A DNA stretch of 63,835 bases, counting the filler, from Bigelowiella natans CCMP2755 (Eukaryota > Protista > Cercozoa), in the NCBI GenBank assembly GCA_000320545.1. It is 8 parts of 8 records of this genome, joined end to end, with 100 filler letters (N's around TTAATTAATTAA, not from the genome) between each part and the next. Parts side by side here need not be neighbours in the genome. Positions count along the whole stretch, not along the records: positions 1 to 4,056 come from ADNK01000572.1; positions 4,157 to 34,276 come from ADNK01003116.1; 6 more parts are not named here. One strand, 5' to 3'. The translations under genes were made by a program, and so were the position numbers. A model generated the notes under the pieces. It made no database searches and was not told the DNA's origin. It was given only the letters and a program-made list of their open reading frames with translations. Shown piece after piece: positions 1-13,139 of the stretch (position 1 is the stretch's first letter; each line of letters starts with the position of its first letter).

Positions 1-565
1 CCATCTGCGGAGGACACTCCGAAGCTCATAATAGAGAAGTACCCAATAGCGGTCAGGGGGGGCATGACAGGAAGTGAAGAGGCGCAACAACCCGAAAAGC
101 TCGATTTGGTAATAGTAGTAGTAGTAGCTATAGTAGTAGTAGTAGCAGTAGTGGTGCTAGTACAGAGGGTGGGTGGGTCCTTTGAAGGGTGCTGCTGCAT
201 CCCCCCCCCCCCCCCTCCCTATCCTGCTGGTACAGCTGGTGGGCGAATGATTGAGGTGTGCCTCCAATGTTAGGTTCTTTGCAGCCGGTTCTCCAAATTA
301 TCGAGCGTGAAAGCCGCGTTCTGCGGCAAGTATGTTCTTGCAAATTCACAGGTGAGAGCGAGAGCGAGAGAGAGAGAAAGAGAGAGGGAGAGAGAGAGAG
401 AGAGATGTGTGTTTTGTTTTGTGTTGAATGCCCTAGTAGCTGGTGGTTTTGATGATTGCAATGAACGAAACCATCCGTCTCATCTCCCTTGCAGGTGCGA
501 TGCGTTCGGGGCTCCGAGGTGTTGGATGAGGCACTGCTTGTGAAGGACACGGGGTATTTCTGCGC

Positions 566-604
<39 letters not shown>

Positions 605-1011
605 GCATTGTGTGTGTGTGTGTGTATTGTATTGTTGCGTGTACAACATAACTCTGCCTTGATACCATTGGTTGTGATATCTCTCCGCCAGGCTTACCAT
701 TCTCCCCCCCCCCTCCTTACTGCCAACCGGCGGAAAGGAGAAGGCGGTGACTAGCACTCCTTCGAGGGAAGGGCAATCAGATAAAGCGGAAGTAGTCCTC
801 CCTCCATCCGGCAAGGGGGGGGCGAGGGTGAGCCCCTCGGCACCATTTGGCTTCGGTACCGAAGGATCGCTGATGCTCCAGCTACCACTGCCCTCAGGGG
901 CATGGCCTGACATTCCTGGTATGTGCATTATCGGTGGTGGTGTAAGGGGGGGGGGGGGGGGGGGGGGGGATTTGAGGTGAATACGTACTACAATAAATAT
1001 TTTTCCCAAAT

Positions 1012-1053
<42 letters not shown>

Positions 1054-1055
1054 GG

Positions 1056-1101
<46 letters not shown>

Positions 1102-1972
1102 ACATGCATGTATATAATACGTCGGCTGCGAGGTGGTACATTCTAGATGTAGCAGCGTTTGCTCCACTCACTGACACAAGACGACGATCGATAGATATTG
1201 CAACTCGCACGCACTACGAAAGAGAGAGTACTTCCTCGTCACTGACGCCGCCACTAACCACCACGCAGGGACGGCTCCCAGGCCCTCCTCGCGTCGTCTT
1301 TCTCGGCAGCATTCCGTTGAGTCTGGCCGCAGCAGCACCAGTAGCTTGCCACTCACTCGCCAAGATTCGTACGGATCTTTGGCGTCTGTGCGCTCCTCGA
1401 TGTCACGACTCTCGCTCTCGCGGCAGGGCTCTCAAGGGGGAGGCCCAGCTTCGACGTGTTTCGTGTGTCAGAAGCTGCTAGCAAGTGGTGGTACGTCGGG
1501 ACTAAGTCGGGAGAGAGAGAGGGAGAGAGGGGGAGAGAGAGAGAGAGAGAGGGAGTGAGTAACGTCTGCGTTTATGCTGCATGCAATGCCCGCTGCTAGG
1601 TCCATCACGAAGGCTTCGATGCGGTGCTTGTAAGAAGGCATTCTACTGCTCGGCGGAATGCCAGGTTGCCATATAGAAACACGCACGTTTTCGTATATTG
1701 TGATCATCAGCATCATCATCATCATCATCATTATCATTATCATTATCATCATTTTCACCTCCTCCTCTCTCCTCTCTCCTCCTAACTACCACACCAGCGC
1801 TCGCACTGGCCCTTCCATAAGCGAATGTGCAAGAACGCTGCCATCACCGCAGCCGACATGAGACCGAAGCCGCTCATTGGGCTGCGAAACCTCGGCAACA
1901 CATGCTATCTCAACTCCGCACTCCAGGTGCCTTTCCGGAAAACAAATGCAACAACATCATAATCAATGATAG

Positions 1973-2010
<38 letters not shown>

Positions 2011-2703
2011 TATAACGACAAGTGTCATCGTTCGAATGTACCACTTAATACTACGATTTGTGTACTTCTTTGGCAGTGCCTGCGAGCAGTATCCGAGCTA
2101 TCGGTTGAATTCTTAACGAATCGGTATAAGGTAGTAACGGGGGGGGGGGGGAGGAGGGGAAGGAGGAGGCTGTCGCCTAGATATCATAACTCTGCTGTGG
2201 TATCAGCTACTCTAATTCAATAGCCTCTCGCTCTTCCTGCTCTTTCTTTCCCTCCCCCCTCTTCTTCCTCCTCCTACTTCCCCATTCTTCTCTCTTCTCT
2301 TTCATTTAACATAAGCCCGCTGAATCAACATCATCGTTCAATCGTCGCCGTCCTCCTCCTCCTCCTCATCCTCATAATTCAATCCTCATGATCAGAGTCA
2401 GCTGAACTGCGACAACCCATTGGGAAAGGGAGGAAAACTTGCCGAAGTATTAATTGAGCTGCTGCTCTTGGAGATAGAATACTTCTGATGATAGCGTCTT
2501 TCTCTTCCTCTATCATTAAAATAATCATTATTGCTGAACACCACCTCAACTGCTAAACAGGCCTATGGGAATGTCATGAGATCTGTAATCTTTCACAGCG
2601 GCAATGTACGTAACACAACGGGAGAGAAGAGAGAGAGGGGGAGGGGAAAGGGGGGTTGTACAAAGACGAATACAATCAACTGTATCTGCGTTTGCGCATT
2701 AGA

Positions 2704-2743
<40 letters not shown>

Positions 2744-3529
2744 GAGTGGATGGATGGATGCACCGACGATGACATCGCCTAATTATCAAATTCTGCCTGT
2801 TATGTAATCTCACATCGGGCCCTCACTCATTATCAACACAGAATATCTTAGTGTGGTAGTAGAGCATCGAGAATAACAGCAAACACCAACAAATAACTTA
2901 GGCATTTTCCCCAAAGAACTTCATCATTAGTCTCCATCGCTTATTCTCCGAATTCAACCCTCTGCAGCAGCACGATGCTCACGAATTGGTGAATTATCGA
3001 TTTAGCAGCACTATCATTGCATCTACATCAGACGAGTTCTCACATCAAAGAGAATATGTTATGATATCATGTGTGTGTGTAAGTGTGTGTAAGTGTGTGT
3101 AAGTGTGTGTTGCTTCTTGTCCACCTACTACGTACCTACCTACACAAAGGTTTCTATGCTTCTTGATGGCCTTCACGAGGACTTGAATCTTATTCTCAAA
3201 AAACCGTATGATGATAATGATGATGATGATGTGCCACAACGCCGACATGACTGCTCCCGACCTTTAAATTCGTGCACTCCCCCCCCAAATGAGAACAGAG
3301 AAAGTATGATCGATTGGAAAATACCGTAGCAGTATTCAGCCACAACCAGCATCATCGTCATCATCATTTAATGGAAATACTGCCTGCTACATATTATCTG
3401 TTAGATATGTTCAGCTGCAGGATGATGATGGAAAGCGCCCAGACGATGATATTGCGATGGAACACTGGAGAAATCATCTTCGGAGGTAGCTTTCACGCAG
3501 AGACTCACCACCCCTCCTCCCCCCTCCCC

Positions 3530-3569
<40 letters not shown>

Positions 3570-3644
3570 GGAAACAGTTTTTATCACCACCATCTTCATT
3601 AGAAGAGACAGCTCTTGCGTTGGTGCTGTGGCCGCACGTAGATG

Positions 3645-3675
<31 letters not shown>

Positions 3676-3831
3676 ATACACACGCAAACACACGCAAACA
3701 CACGTGAGCACACTTTGGATAATACATGATGCTGTGCATGTGGCAGGAACCAGGGAATCTTGGTGGATCTCTTCCACGGCCAGTATAAATCGACCTTAGT
3801 TTGTCCCGAGTGCGACTATACTGCGAGAAAG
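1..3831 (+). CDS. Ubiquitin-specific protease (USP4/11/15/19-like catalytic domain) preceded by a MYND zinc finger; multi-exon, partial at both ends
   Basis: Spliced exons give [15 protein letters not shown]|[22 protein letters not shown]|[11 protein letters not shown] (1457-1830), Cys-box [16 protein letters not shown] (~1880-1927), [24 protein letters not shown] and [22 protein letters not shown] (to 3831). The His-box is not seen and presumably lies in the gap at 4057. Assignment of exons at 1-920 to this gene is tentative. Confidence 0.9.
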
Positions 3832-4056
3832 GTACGTCTAAGATTGGGTTAGTAGTACTTCAGCCCCCCCCCCAAACCCCCTTTCCCAGGATTCTTTTAC
3901 CTCTTTTTCTGACCCCAAGTAGCTCACGAAGCGGGGATGGAAAGTAAATGTATCGGATGTACCTACTGGGGGTGTGACCAAAGGGAATCGACACGACCGG
4001 GGATGGGCATTTTTGAACACTTGATACGTGTAACCGTAATGAGACGACAGAGCTGA

Positions 4057-4156
4057 NNNNNNNNNNNNNNNNNNNNNNNNNNNNNNNNNNNNNNNNNNNN
4101 TTAATTAATTAANNNNNNNNNNNNNNNNNNNNNNNNNNNNNNNNNNNNNNNNNNNN
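4057..4156. other. Assembly gap with TTAATTAATTAA spacer
   Basis: N-run containing a six-frame stop linker at 4101-4112. Confidence 0.97.
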
Positions 4157-5910
4157 AATCGAAAGCAGCGTTCCACCGAGTTCACAAACACCAAGCTCCT
4201 CCTAGGTATGAGCTTCAGCTTCATCATTGCGTAGAGGAGGAGATACCTATCAAAATGATGGAAGATACAACATCAAACAATCGTCGGTGTCGTTTTTGAT
4301 GATCAGCACCCCGCCACCCTTGCCTCTACGCCGTCTCCCCCCCCCCCCCCCCCCTTTCTCCTTCTCATACACGCCTCTATAAAATCATATCGATGCCATA
4401 CTTGTCTGTTGGCTGCTTGCAGCGAAAGTAGAATTGTTGGAGGGCTGCCCCCCCCCCTTTGGCCTCCTTCGTCTTCTCCACCTCCAGCAGCACTGGGTTA
4501 GAGAGGGAGAGCTTCGTGAGCTCCTTCACCTCGGGGGTCAACGTCGCGCTGGTGAGGATGGTTTGCAGGCCTCGAGGGAGGTGCGACATAATGTATTTAA
4601 CGTCGTCTTCGTAACCGTACGACAGCACGAGATCGGCCTCATCGATGACGAGGAAGGAGAGCTGCTCTTCGTTTAAGTCGAGGACGCCCTTTCTCATATG
4701 CTCCACCAGTCGGCCCGGCGTTGCTACGACGATATCAGGCCTAGAGGAAGAGAATACAACATCAGTATTAGATATTCGTTGTCGAGATGTCTTTCAGCCG
4801 TGAGAAGTTGCACTACCACGCCACCATCACCACCACTACCACCACCACCACCACCACCAATTTTATGGCAGATATCGTTGAATCATCATCACTTTTCTGC
4901 GAGTCTTGGAATCTGCACCGCTATCGACTTCGCACTGCTTACACTTAGCACTCTTACAAGGTCTCGGGAGAACCTTTGATAAAGAAAGAATGGAGGGGAG
5001 ATCAATTTTGGTGCTTGTCTAAATAACTCGCCACTCTTCGCCCCCCCTCCCCCCTTCTCTCTCTCTCTCTCTCCCCCCCCCCCCCACCTCCCCTTTCGTG
5101 TGTCCGCATTTTCACATCCACCCGGCTGCGCTACATCTACGTTTCGGGCCTCATCAGCACTCATCACCTACCGTATCAGCTTTTCAATTTCCTTTGCCAC
5201 TTGGTCGCACAGCTCTTTCGTTGGCACTAATACTATGCTACGGACTGCCGGTACAGGTTCCCCATCGCCCCCGGTCGCCCCCCCTCCTCCGGACTTCTGA
5301 TTCAATATTGCCTGCACCAGAGGAACAGCGAAGGCCTGGAAAAAGGGGTTATAGGGGTAGTGTGCGTGTTATTTCTTTAAATGGAAAATCTGTAAACGGG
5401 TGTGTCGCAGGACAACGATAGGAGGGCAAACTAGGCATTGTCAATCTGACGAAGAAAACGTTTGTTGAAGAGAATGCTTACTACCATCGTCTTCCCTGAT
5501 CCCGTATTAGCTCTGGCCATGATATCCCGGCCCTCTAATGCAGCCTTGCAATTTTGTAAATAGACAAACATACATGATTACCGAAATAAGGTTTGGAATC
5601 GCTTATGACGATGCGGCGTGGCGTGTTTTGTGTGTTAGCTGTAACAACAACCGGTATGCATTTTGACTGGATCTGCGTCGGATGTATGAATCCAAGCGAA
5701 GCCACCGCCTATTGAATAAAAACTGTTTTGAAAACCGTCTCCCCAACCCCACTGTCTCTTATTCCCTCCTCTTCCTCCTTTCCGCTCCCTCTCCTATCTC
5801 AATTTCTTCACCATCGACCAGTTTCGGATCATACAACACAGCGCTTTCAACCTTGAAAATGCGACGGTCCAGACCCATCGAACTAAACGACACCGATTCA
5901 TCGAAGGCCG
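4157..5910 (-). CDS. DDX56: DEAD-box RNA helicase DDX56/DBP9, multi-exon, 3' end lost in gap
   Basis: Exons FSSMGLDRRIFK|AVASLGFIHPTQIQSKCIP|AALEGRDIMARANTGSGKT|AFAVPLVQ..IVLVPTKELCDQV|..PDIVVATPGRL..VIDEADLVLSYGYEDD..TSATL|YLLLYAMMKLKLIPRRSLVFVNSVERCFRL. DEADL.LS.G and LLYA..KL are Dbp9 signatures. The start codon is not resolved. Confidence 0.9.
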
Positions 5911-6479
5911 ACTGAACACAATATCAAAGGCGTGCGCCATGCATGAGATGGAAGGTTAGAATGGAGGAGAGAGAGGGGAAACCATAGTCGTCGTCTCTTC
6001 GGCGATTTCCGGATTATGACCGAAAAGATATTTTCGACAAATTTCGCCGCCTCAGGCGATGTCCCCAATAATTGAAGTCGCAGGGTAAAATTATACAGCA
6101 TTAATACCGATTTGGGTTTTTCCGAATATCTCCACGTCGCAGCCAGATTTTCCCATCGTTATTTGTCTCGTAATCGAATGCAAAAAGCGCATTTCAGACA
6201 CAAATTTCGAATTATTTGAAAAAGAAGGAACACCTGCACGTTGCCTCCCCCACTTAAACACCCATGACGACATAACGGGTCTATGGTTCCATGGTCTTCT
6301 TTCACGGCGGCCGTGGTGGCCCTTCTGATGGGGGTGATCGTCAATAAGATAGATCGATTTTGGCCAACTCTCCGTTTTCGCCAGCTCTGTATTTTTAAAT
6401 AATGGCTCAAGCTGGTTTTCTTTCGTTCTTTGCTTTTGTGGAAACGTGTTCTTCATTTTTGTGAAACCAACCTTTACAG

Positions 6480-7828
6480 ACATCGGGCTCGATTGGACTT
6501 ACAATATCGACTAGCCACAAGTCTGCCATTCCCCTTCCCGCATTGTCGTTGACCGGAGCTAAACTGGGAAAATCTCCTCAAGCCGGGACGTCGCTGAGCA
6601 ACACGGTCGCCGCATCTTATCGTCATCCTAGCATCAGCACAGCGGACACACGCACAAAAGGAACAATAGGCGTATCCACCGAGAATATAGATGAATTTGA
6701 TGAAAGCCTACGGAGGCGAATGGCCGCAATCAAGGCTCGATTCAAGGATTTTCATTCTCACGCGACCTCCTCTGAGAGCGGAGAAGGGGAAGAGGGCGTG
6801 GACACGAACGGCACTCTCAAGAGCTACGATGGAGATATTCAAGATTATCTGGCCAAACAGACTAAATTGCACGGTTGCACTGATGAGGAGTTTATTCCAC
6901 CATTCTTCGTCTCCTTCTTTTCTCTTGCTCCCCGCTCTTTTCTCTCTCCCATATTGCCTGTCTCTACGCCGTGGTATAATCTACCTGGGTATGTAATGGA
7001 CATGCTTCCTTATTCAGTATATCCCTCAACGCTTTCTCTGAGCCTTTGTGATATTATCTTTTGTTTCTCTTCATTTTTCTCTTCTCCGTCGCCATCTAAT
7101 CAGCTGGAGAGGACCTCACACTGGACAGCTTCGAAAGACGTGTTGACTCCAACCTGAAGTGGGTGCATCAGCACTCCTCACCACCTGTGAATGATCAAAG
7201 CTTAGTGTCCGCAACAATGGCGGCTGAAGGGCCTCGGCTGCTGCTGAATACGTCGACCATCCGAAACGAAGGTGCTGCACGTAGATACTTGGAGCAGCTA
7301 GTTTGTTATTCTTCAATATGTCTGAGGATAGTACGTGTTTCGGATCTAATCTGTAATGTGTAATGAGAGTCTGGTTAGCTTTACCGAGCGCAGTCACCTA
7401 TTTCTCTGAGTTCCTGCATCTTTTGTTTACTGAAGGAGATAATCACACGACGGACACTGCCGGCAATGGTGGCAATGGAGGATGGAGTGCCCCCACTCGC
7501 TCTGCCCTGCAATGGGAAGGCGAACGCCCATTCGGCGATGAGAAGCAGCAGACCAAGAGCGACGACATCACGACATTTGCCAGGAATATCGAGAAAAACC
7601 TGAACAAAGCCAAAAACATGAAGCTTCAGAAGATGGAGGAGGAGGACGAAGAAAAGTTTCTCCGAGAGGCGGATAAAGTTAGCAGCCTCGAAGGAGAGGG
7701 TAGTGCTTGTGCTTGTGATATTGCAATAATAGCTAATTTTTGCATCCGGAAATCAATGGATAGAATCTCCTCTGTTTTCAGCCTCCTTTTTTGTTTTATT
7801 TTATATTACACAACAGGGAGGGAGAGAA

Positions 7829-7875
<47 letters not shown>

Positions 7876-8239
7876 GATGATGCCATTGTTAAGTTCACAA
7901 AAATGGAATTGAGAGATAGAGAGATGATGCCATTGTTAAGTTCACAAAAATGGAATTGGTACCCTTTCAGAAGTAACACTCCGCTGTTTGATTTCAGACG
8001 GAAAACAGAAAACCGCCGCCGCAACGAAAGCAACAGTCTTTCCACGCTTTCGGACTGCAAGTAACATGTCAGTGGATGTGGGGGGGGCGCCCTCTTGGTA
8101 TCAGAATCCGGGCCCATGGTGGCTTCCAGCCTCGGCTGCCTCTTCTCTGAAGCTTGATTGGGTGAAGAAATACAAAGCCTTCACGAAACCTCCGGAAGGA
8201 GTCCTGACAGTTTACGACCCATTCAGCCGTCCGGTTTGA
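6480..8239 (+). CDS. Hypothetical multi-exon protein
   Basis: Long in-frame exonic stretches (6480-6990, 7440-7700, ~8080-8239 ending ...VLTVYDPFSRPV*) separated by GT-AG introns. A possible upstream hydrophobic leader MVPWSSFTAAVVALLMGVIV lies near 6285. No family recognised. Confidence 0.5.
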
Positions 8240-8859
8240 TGACGTTCTTTTTCATTAGCTATTACTGAATTAAAGTGTGAAAAACGCGGTAAACGGCTGA
8301 TGATGCTAATTCGTGCCTGCTGTTATATCCCTTCACTCATGATGAGCCTCAATAATATGCTCGCCGATGCAAGTTCGCTTCGCAAGTAATTTTACTAGAC
8401 ATTCGCACGTTTTTCCGGCCCTTGCACTAGATTCGTATGTAATGTGTAGTAACAAATATAATACGCTCTATAACGCAGCAGCCTATCACTTCGAGAAGCA
8501 GCGTTATTTATACCAGCCACACATGAGCACTGATATAAGCACTTTTGCGTATTAGCGTAGTCCAGTTATTGCATTGGCGTAATAATACTATGTATCAAAT
8601 TAGAGCTTGCACGCATATAAAAGCTGTACTTAATTGCTGTCGGCGACGAGCCAGGCGTGCACAGCATCCACGCTAATATAATGCTTTGTCATAAATTTGA
8701 TCATCGTAGATGCGGTGAGCACTTGAACTTTGTTATATTTTGCGATCATCAACCGCTCTGAATGCTTGTATGATAATGTTACGACGTACAATATATCATC
8801 AGGCAACATGTATACACAAAAACAGCAACATATGGTAGCATGTACGGTCAGTTAGCTTA

Positions 8860-9432
8860 TAGATGCTACAGGACTACAACATGTTCCTGACTCACAATGA
8901 AGATATTGCTGCACTGTCTTCCTCTAAAAGTATACAATTTTTACAAAGCCCAAGGACGATGCCTATCTTCTTATCATTCCTTGGATTCGCCTTTTCCAAC
9001 GGTATCTTTTGGCAAACATGCTTTCTGTTTCCCCTTGCCACCGCTGCTGCGAGATGATGATGCACTCCAGCTCGCTGGAGGCTTTGCATCTTCCATCGAG
9101 GTGATCTTCCCTGTACGTGCACATGGTAGATGAAAAGATGAGAGGCAGCACCACGTGAGTAGTAATCACGCAACAATTGTTACAAACTCTATCTCCCACT
9201 CAAAAAGGCAAAAGTAGCTCTGGGCCGTTCTTTGTGTTCTCAATCCATATGCGCAACACATCGATTTACTTTCAAGTTATTATTTTATCATAATCTGAAG
9301 CCAAATACCACTACCTTCATCATCAAATTCGCCCAGCAGGCGTCCGATTGACAAGTTACATCTGTGGAATACAAGCGCCCCCCCCCCAAAACAGGCGAAT
9401 TTAAGTATAAACTGTGTGTGCGTGTGTGCGTG

Positions 9433-9463
<31 letters not shown>

Positions 9464-10148
9464 ACACATGTGTGGACATCCTTTAGTTCCTCCCTTCTTC
9501 CCTATTATCGGTGCGACCTTCCCCTCAGCTTCTCGGTCTGTATTCGCTTTGCAGTGGCGACATTCACCCATCTCTGGCGCGTACGGGGCTCTGTAGATAG
9601 GAATCAATAATGTACATATATGACTGCAACCGATTTAATAAGAATGCGATTTGAAAAAAGAGCAAGAGGGAGAGGGGGGGGTTGGGGGGGGGGGTGGAGC
9701 GCGAAAGAAGGGAAGAGCAGAAAGTTTGAGAGAATGAGAGAAGACTGTACAAGCGTCTTTATGTCGACGACACTGTTTTAACGGTTATTGTTTGTTAGTA
9801 TTGAGCGTTCTTATCAACACTACGTTTGGCCTTGCTCTTCCTCCGCTTCCCAGAAATACTATGGCCCTTCTTTGCCGATTCTACCCGAAACTGCCTGACC
9901 ATCAGTTTGCCACATGGGTTAGTATTCAACACAAGGGCAGCAACTCCGCTCTGGCTATTCGCATCTTTCAGCAACGAAAACGGAGCTTGTTTGCTTCTCT
10001 ATTTAAGAAACCAACAGCCGACGAGACGATCCTCTATGTTCCCCATCGCCTTTTGCACGCATTGCGATACAACGGGAAAGACCCAAGAGCAATACTCGTT
10101 TGCCCCCCACATCCCTTAATGCCACCAACCGCTGACGTTGGTGCTTAA
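8860..10148 (+). CDS. Possible hypothetical multi-exon protein
   Basis: Several exon-like segments with plausible splice sites (GKHAFCFPLPPLL..ASSIE; PPFFPIIGATFP..; LSVLINTTFGLALPP..DHQFATW). No family recognised and the frame is not fully reconstructed. Confidence 0.25.
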
Positions 10149-10149
10149 T

Positions 10150-11106
10150 CCCACTGTCATTATTAACGCTTATACCTGTACCATTCCATTACGCCGCTGC
10201 ATCGTTTATTCTTCGTTGCACTGCGCACGGTTGTGGCCTCATAGGTCGTCACCTACAAGCATGGCAGTAGATGTCAGGAAGAGCAGCAGCAGCAGCGGCG
10301 CCCGAAAGCGGAGAGCACTGAATGACATCCAACTGGGGCGAAGGAGCGACTTCGCGGCATCTTTCATGACTACTACCTCAGCCCACGGAAGTGAAATATC
10401 TTCTCTCCGACATTATTTTTGGGTTATTGTCATCTCTCTCCTTTCGGGGGGGGGGGGGGGAATGATAAGTCATTCACCGAATAGGATTGCCTGCCATTGT
10501 CATCATGACCGAGTCGAAACGCACAGCTCGACGCCAGCACCACGTGACCTGCCCCCGTTTTGACAAACACCATCAATTGAAGCGCAGCATGCTAATGACA
10601 ATTTGTGATAGCAGCAACGAGGAGGAGTGATTGACGACGGCCCTCGCCCCTTGCGCCTCAGTGTGCTATGTACCGGTATGATGTAGCTTCGCAGTGGCCG
10701 CTTCCAACACGTGCGACCAAAAGCGTTTTCCGAGCCCTTTCTTTCCTTTACTGCTCAGCATCTGCGTTGTCATGATGGGGGGGTCGGGGATGAAGATAGA
10801 GTCGTTGAAATGGGCGATTTGGCACAGCATCATCTTCTACCGCACTTGTGTGGAACGGAAAACAAGCGAGGGAAAACAAGCAAACTTGGGCAGCGAAAGC
10901 TCAGATCAACTTCGTTGCATCATCGGGTTCTCCTCTATACATGTTGGATTCGTTTCGTGAGAGTGGAAAGGGCGTAAACCTCATCGATCATCGCTCCTCT
11001 TTCGCCCCCCCCCCCCTCTTTGAGAATTTGCTGAAGCTTGGCGAGACTGTCTATTCCGCACAACTTGGCCAGATCCTTGTTCGCGCGCGCGCGCACACAC
11101 ACACAC

Positions 11107-11157
<51 letters not shown>

Positions 11158-12799
11158 TATGAGGGGTACAGGTAATGGGAGGGAGCTTGCCGGATTTGCG
11201 CACACCTCTACTAATGCCGCCGTTCTGGAATCTGCATCGTGCAGCTGCTTCTCTAACTGAAAGAGGAAACGGTGCGTTACAAGTGAGCACTCGGTCAGGA
11301 TGATTTTCATCACGTTAATAAACGACGACGGCGGTGATGGTGGTGATGATGGTAATGGCTACGATTTGATTGTCTCTAGGATTTAGCTAGCGCATCAACC
11401 TGATCTACGGAATCGTATCCCCCCTCCGCCTTTGCCTCATTCCATAAATCAGCGACAATGGCCTACAGTGATAGTGGAGGTAGGGGGGGGTGGAGCATGC
11501 ACAATGCTTCGATCAAAACTCGCTAATGAGGCAGGGAGGCATTGCAAAGCTCCAGGGCTATATTGAATAAATGCATGTCGAATAATAGGATGGACTAATT
11601 TCGCTGAATTAGCAGCACCATGCGTGAAATTTGATCGAGCCGCTAATCTGCTTCCTTCCACCATGTAGCAATCTGCATTTTGACCTGGCGTATAGAGAAG
11701 CTCAGAGCCTTCGATTTGATGAAGCAGCTTCCGCCGGCCGCATGCCCGGTTGTGGTGTAGGCTGTGAAGCGAGAAGGAGAAGGCGAGGGGGGGAAAGAAG
11801 AGAAAACACCAAAGAGCATAACCAAACGCAGTTTCAGCATTGCGGAGCATACGCGGCAAGCATATTGACTATTTTCGCTTCGCAAGCTGCGCAGAACTAA
11901 ACTCGATGGGGAAATCGAAGAGATATCTTACTCACCGATGACGTCCCCTGGAAGAACCTGTTTTATACTTGGCACACGTCGCCACCTCACCATGTTCTTT
12001 GATTGTGCGACCGGCGGCGATGATGAGGAGGGAGAGGAAGAGGAAAGAGCAGTATTAGAGGCAGAGGCGGCATTTGCTGGGCGTTTCCTCTCTTTCCCGT
12101 TGTTGTTGTTGTGATCACAGTCTTCTTCTATCGATGGTAAAGCCTCAAAGAAATTTAGGAAATCCTTCGCTCGGGCAAATGGCCGGTCACTCAAAGCCCA
12201 TGCGGGTATATCAGCATCGCATGTTAACCGGTAGAGCAAGCTGTTGGTGGTGCAGAGAGCAAGTGGGGAGGGGGGGAGGAGGTTGTAGAGAAATAGTATA
12301 AAATTTGTCTCGGTTAGTTTTGATGAATCCATTGTGTTAACTTTCAACACTACTGCTGACCGGATGAAACCGCTGCAATCGATGTCGTACTGCGAGCCAA
12401 TCTTCACAACCTGTTTGATTTTGTTGCGAGCGATGTTTATCTCCCCTTGACGTAAACGGCATGGCGCTAGCTAGTGTCGTACATAATTAGGGGTTTGGGG
12501 GACGTTTTCGTATAGAAATTCCATTGACAGTGATAGATAAAGACGAGCATTAAACTAATGGTGGCCTTTACCTGTGCGCCTATTCCCTTAATTGGCCGAT
12601 TCTTATAGCTAGTTGTCGCTTTGTTCTCCTTGACCTCCTTAACGATTTGCTTTGCATACTCGGTCATCTTTTTGGCGACTCCGGATGGAGCGAAGCTGGT
12701 GCTGGTGCTGCTTCTCTTCCCATTCCTACTACCAGTCGCAGTCGTTTCAATTGAAGTAGCCTTAGCTTTCATGATGTTGGCTCGCTGCTTGCTTGGCAT
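10150..12799 (-). CDS. NlpC/P60-like (papain-fold) cysteine hydrolase domain protein, multi-exon
   Basis: Spliced VVKIGSQYDIDCSGFIR (12411-12361)|LLYRL..RPFARAKDFLNFFEALP..RWRRVPSIKQVLPGDVI|AYTTTGHA...; later AKLHHTG|HVVLASS (His at 10546-10544). The DCSGF ... PGD ... GHV order is the NlpC/P60 catalytic signature. The 3' end is approximate. Confidence 0.65.
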
Positions 12800-13139
12800 C
12801 TACTGTTTCTTGAGGGTGACAAATGAGTGAGGATGTAACGATGAAGAAAAAGACGATGGATGAATATGGCTGACCTACACCCTGTCAATGTGTTTCCTTC
12901 TAAGGAGGAATCACCCCCTCCCACACATGCCCAATCCCTGCACTATCAACACATACCTCATGCAATGAGGGCGATGCATCGCCTTCTGCTCCCTCCCACC
13001 ACCCTTTCCTGAGCGCGAGGAAGGAACGTTGCGTTTCCCGGCGGGCGTTTTTGCTCTCCTGTGCTCTTTTCTGCTTGTGTTCCATTGGGAATTCATCGTG
13101 GAAAAAGCTACCAAATGATTGTCGCCATCCTGGAACTGC

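Noticed and set aside
128-1210. Many ORF-track proteins with YIYI, ERER, HTHT, poly-P/S/L tracts (also throughout 32000-63800)
   Set aside because: Translations of intronic microsatellites, or antisense to real exons.
4101-4112. TTAATTAATTAA palindrome recurring seven times inside N-runs
   Set aside because: Artificial six-frame stop linker inserted at contig joins; not biological.
7876-7958. 36-bp direct repeat, two copies
   Set aside because: Local intronic tandem duplication with an 11-bp gap; not CRISPR-like.
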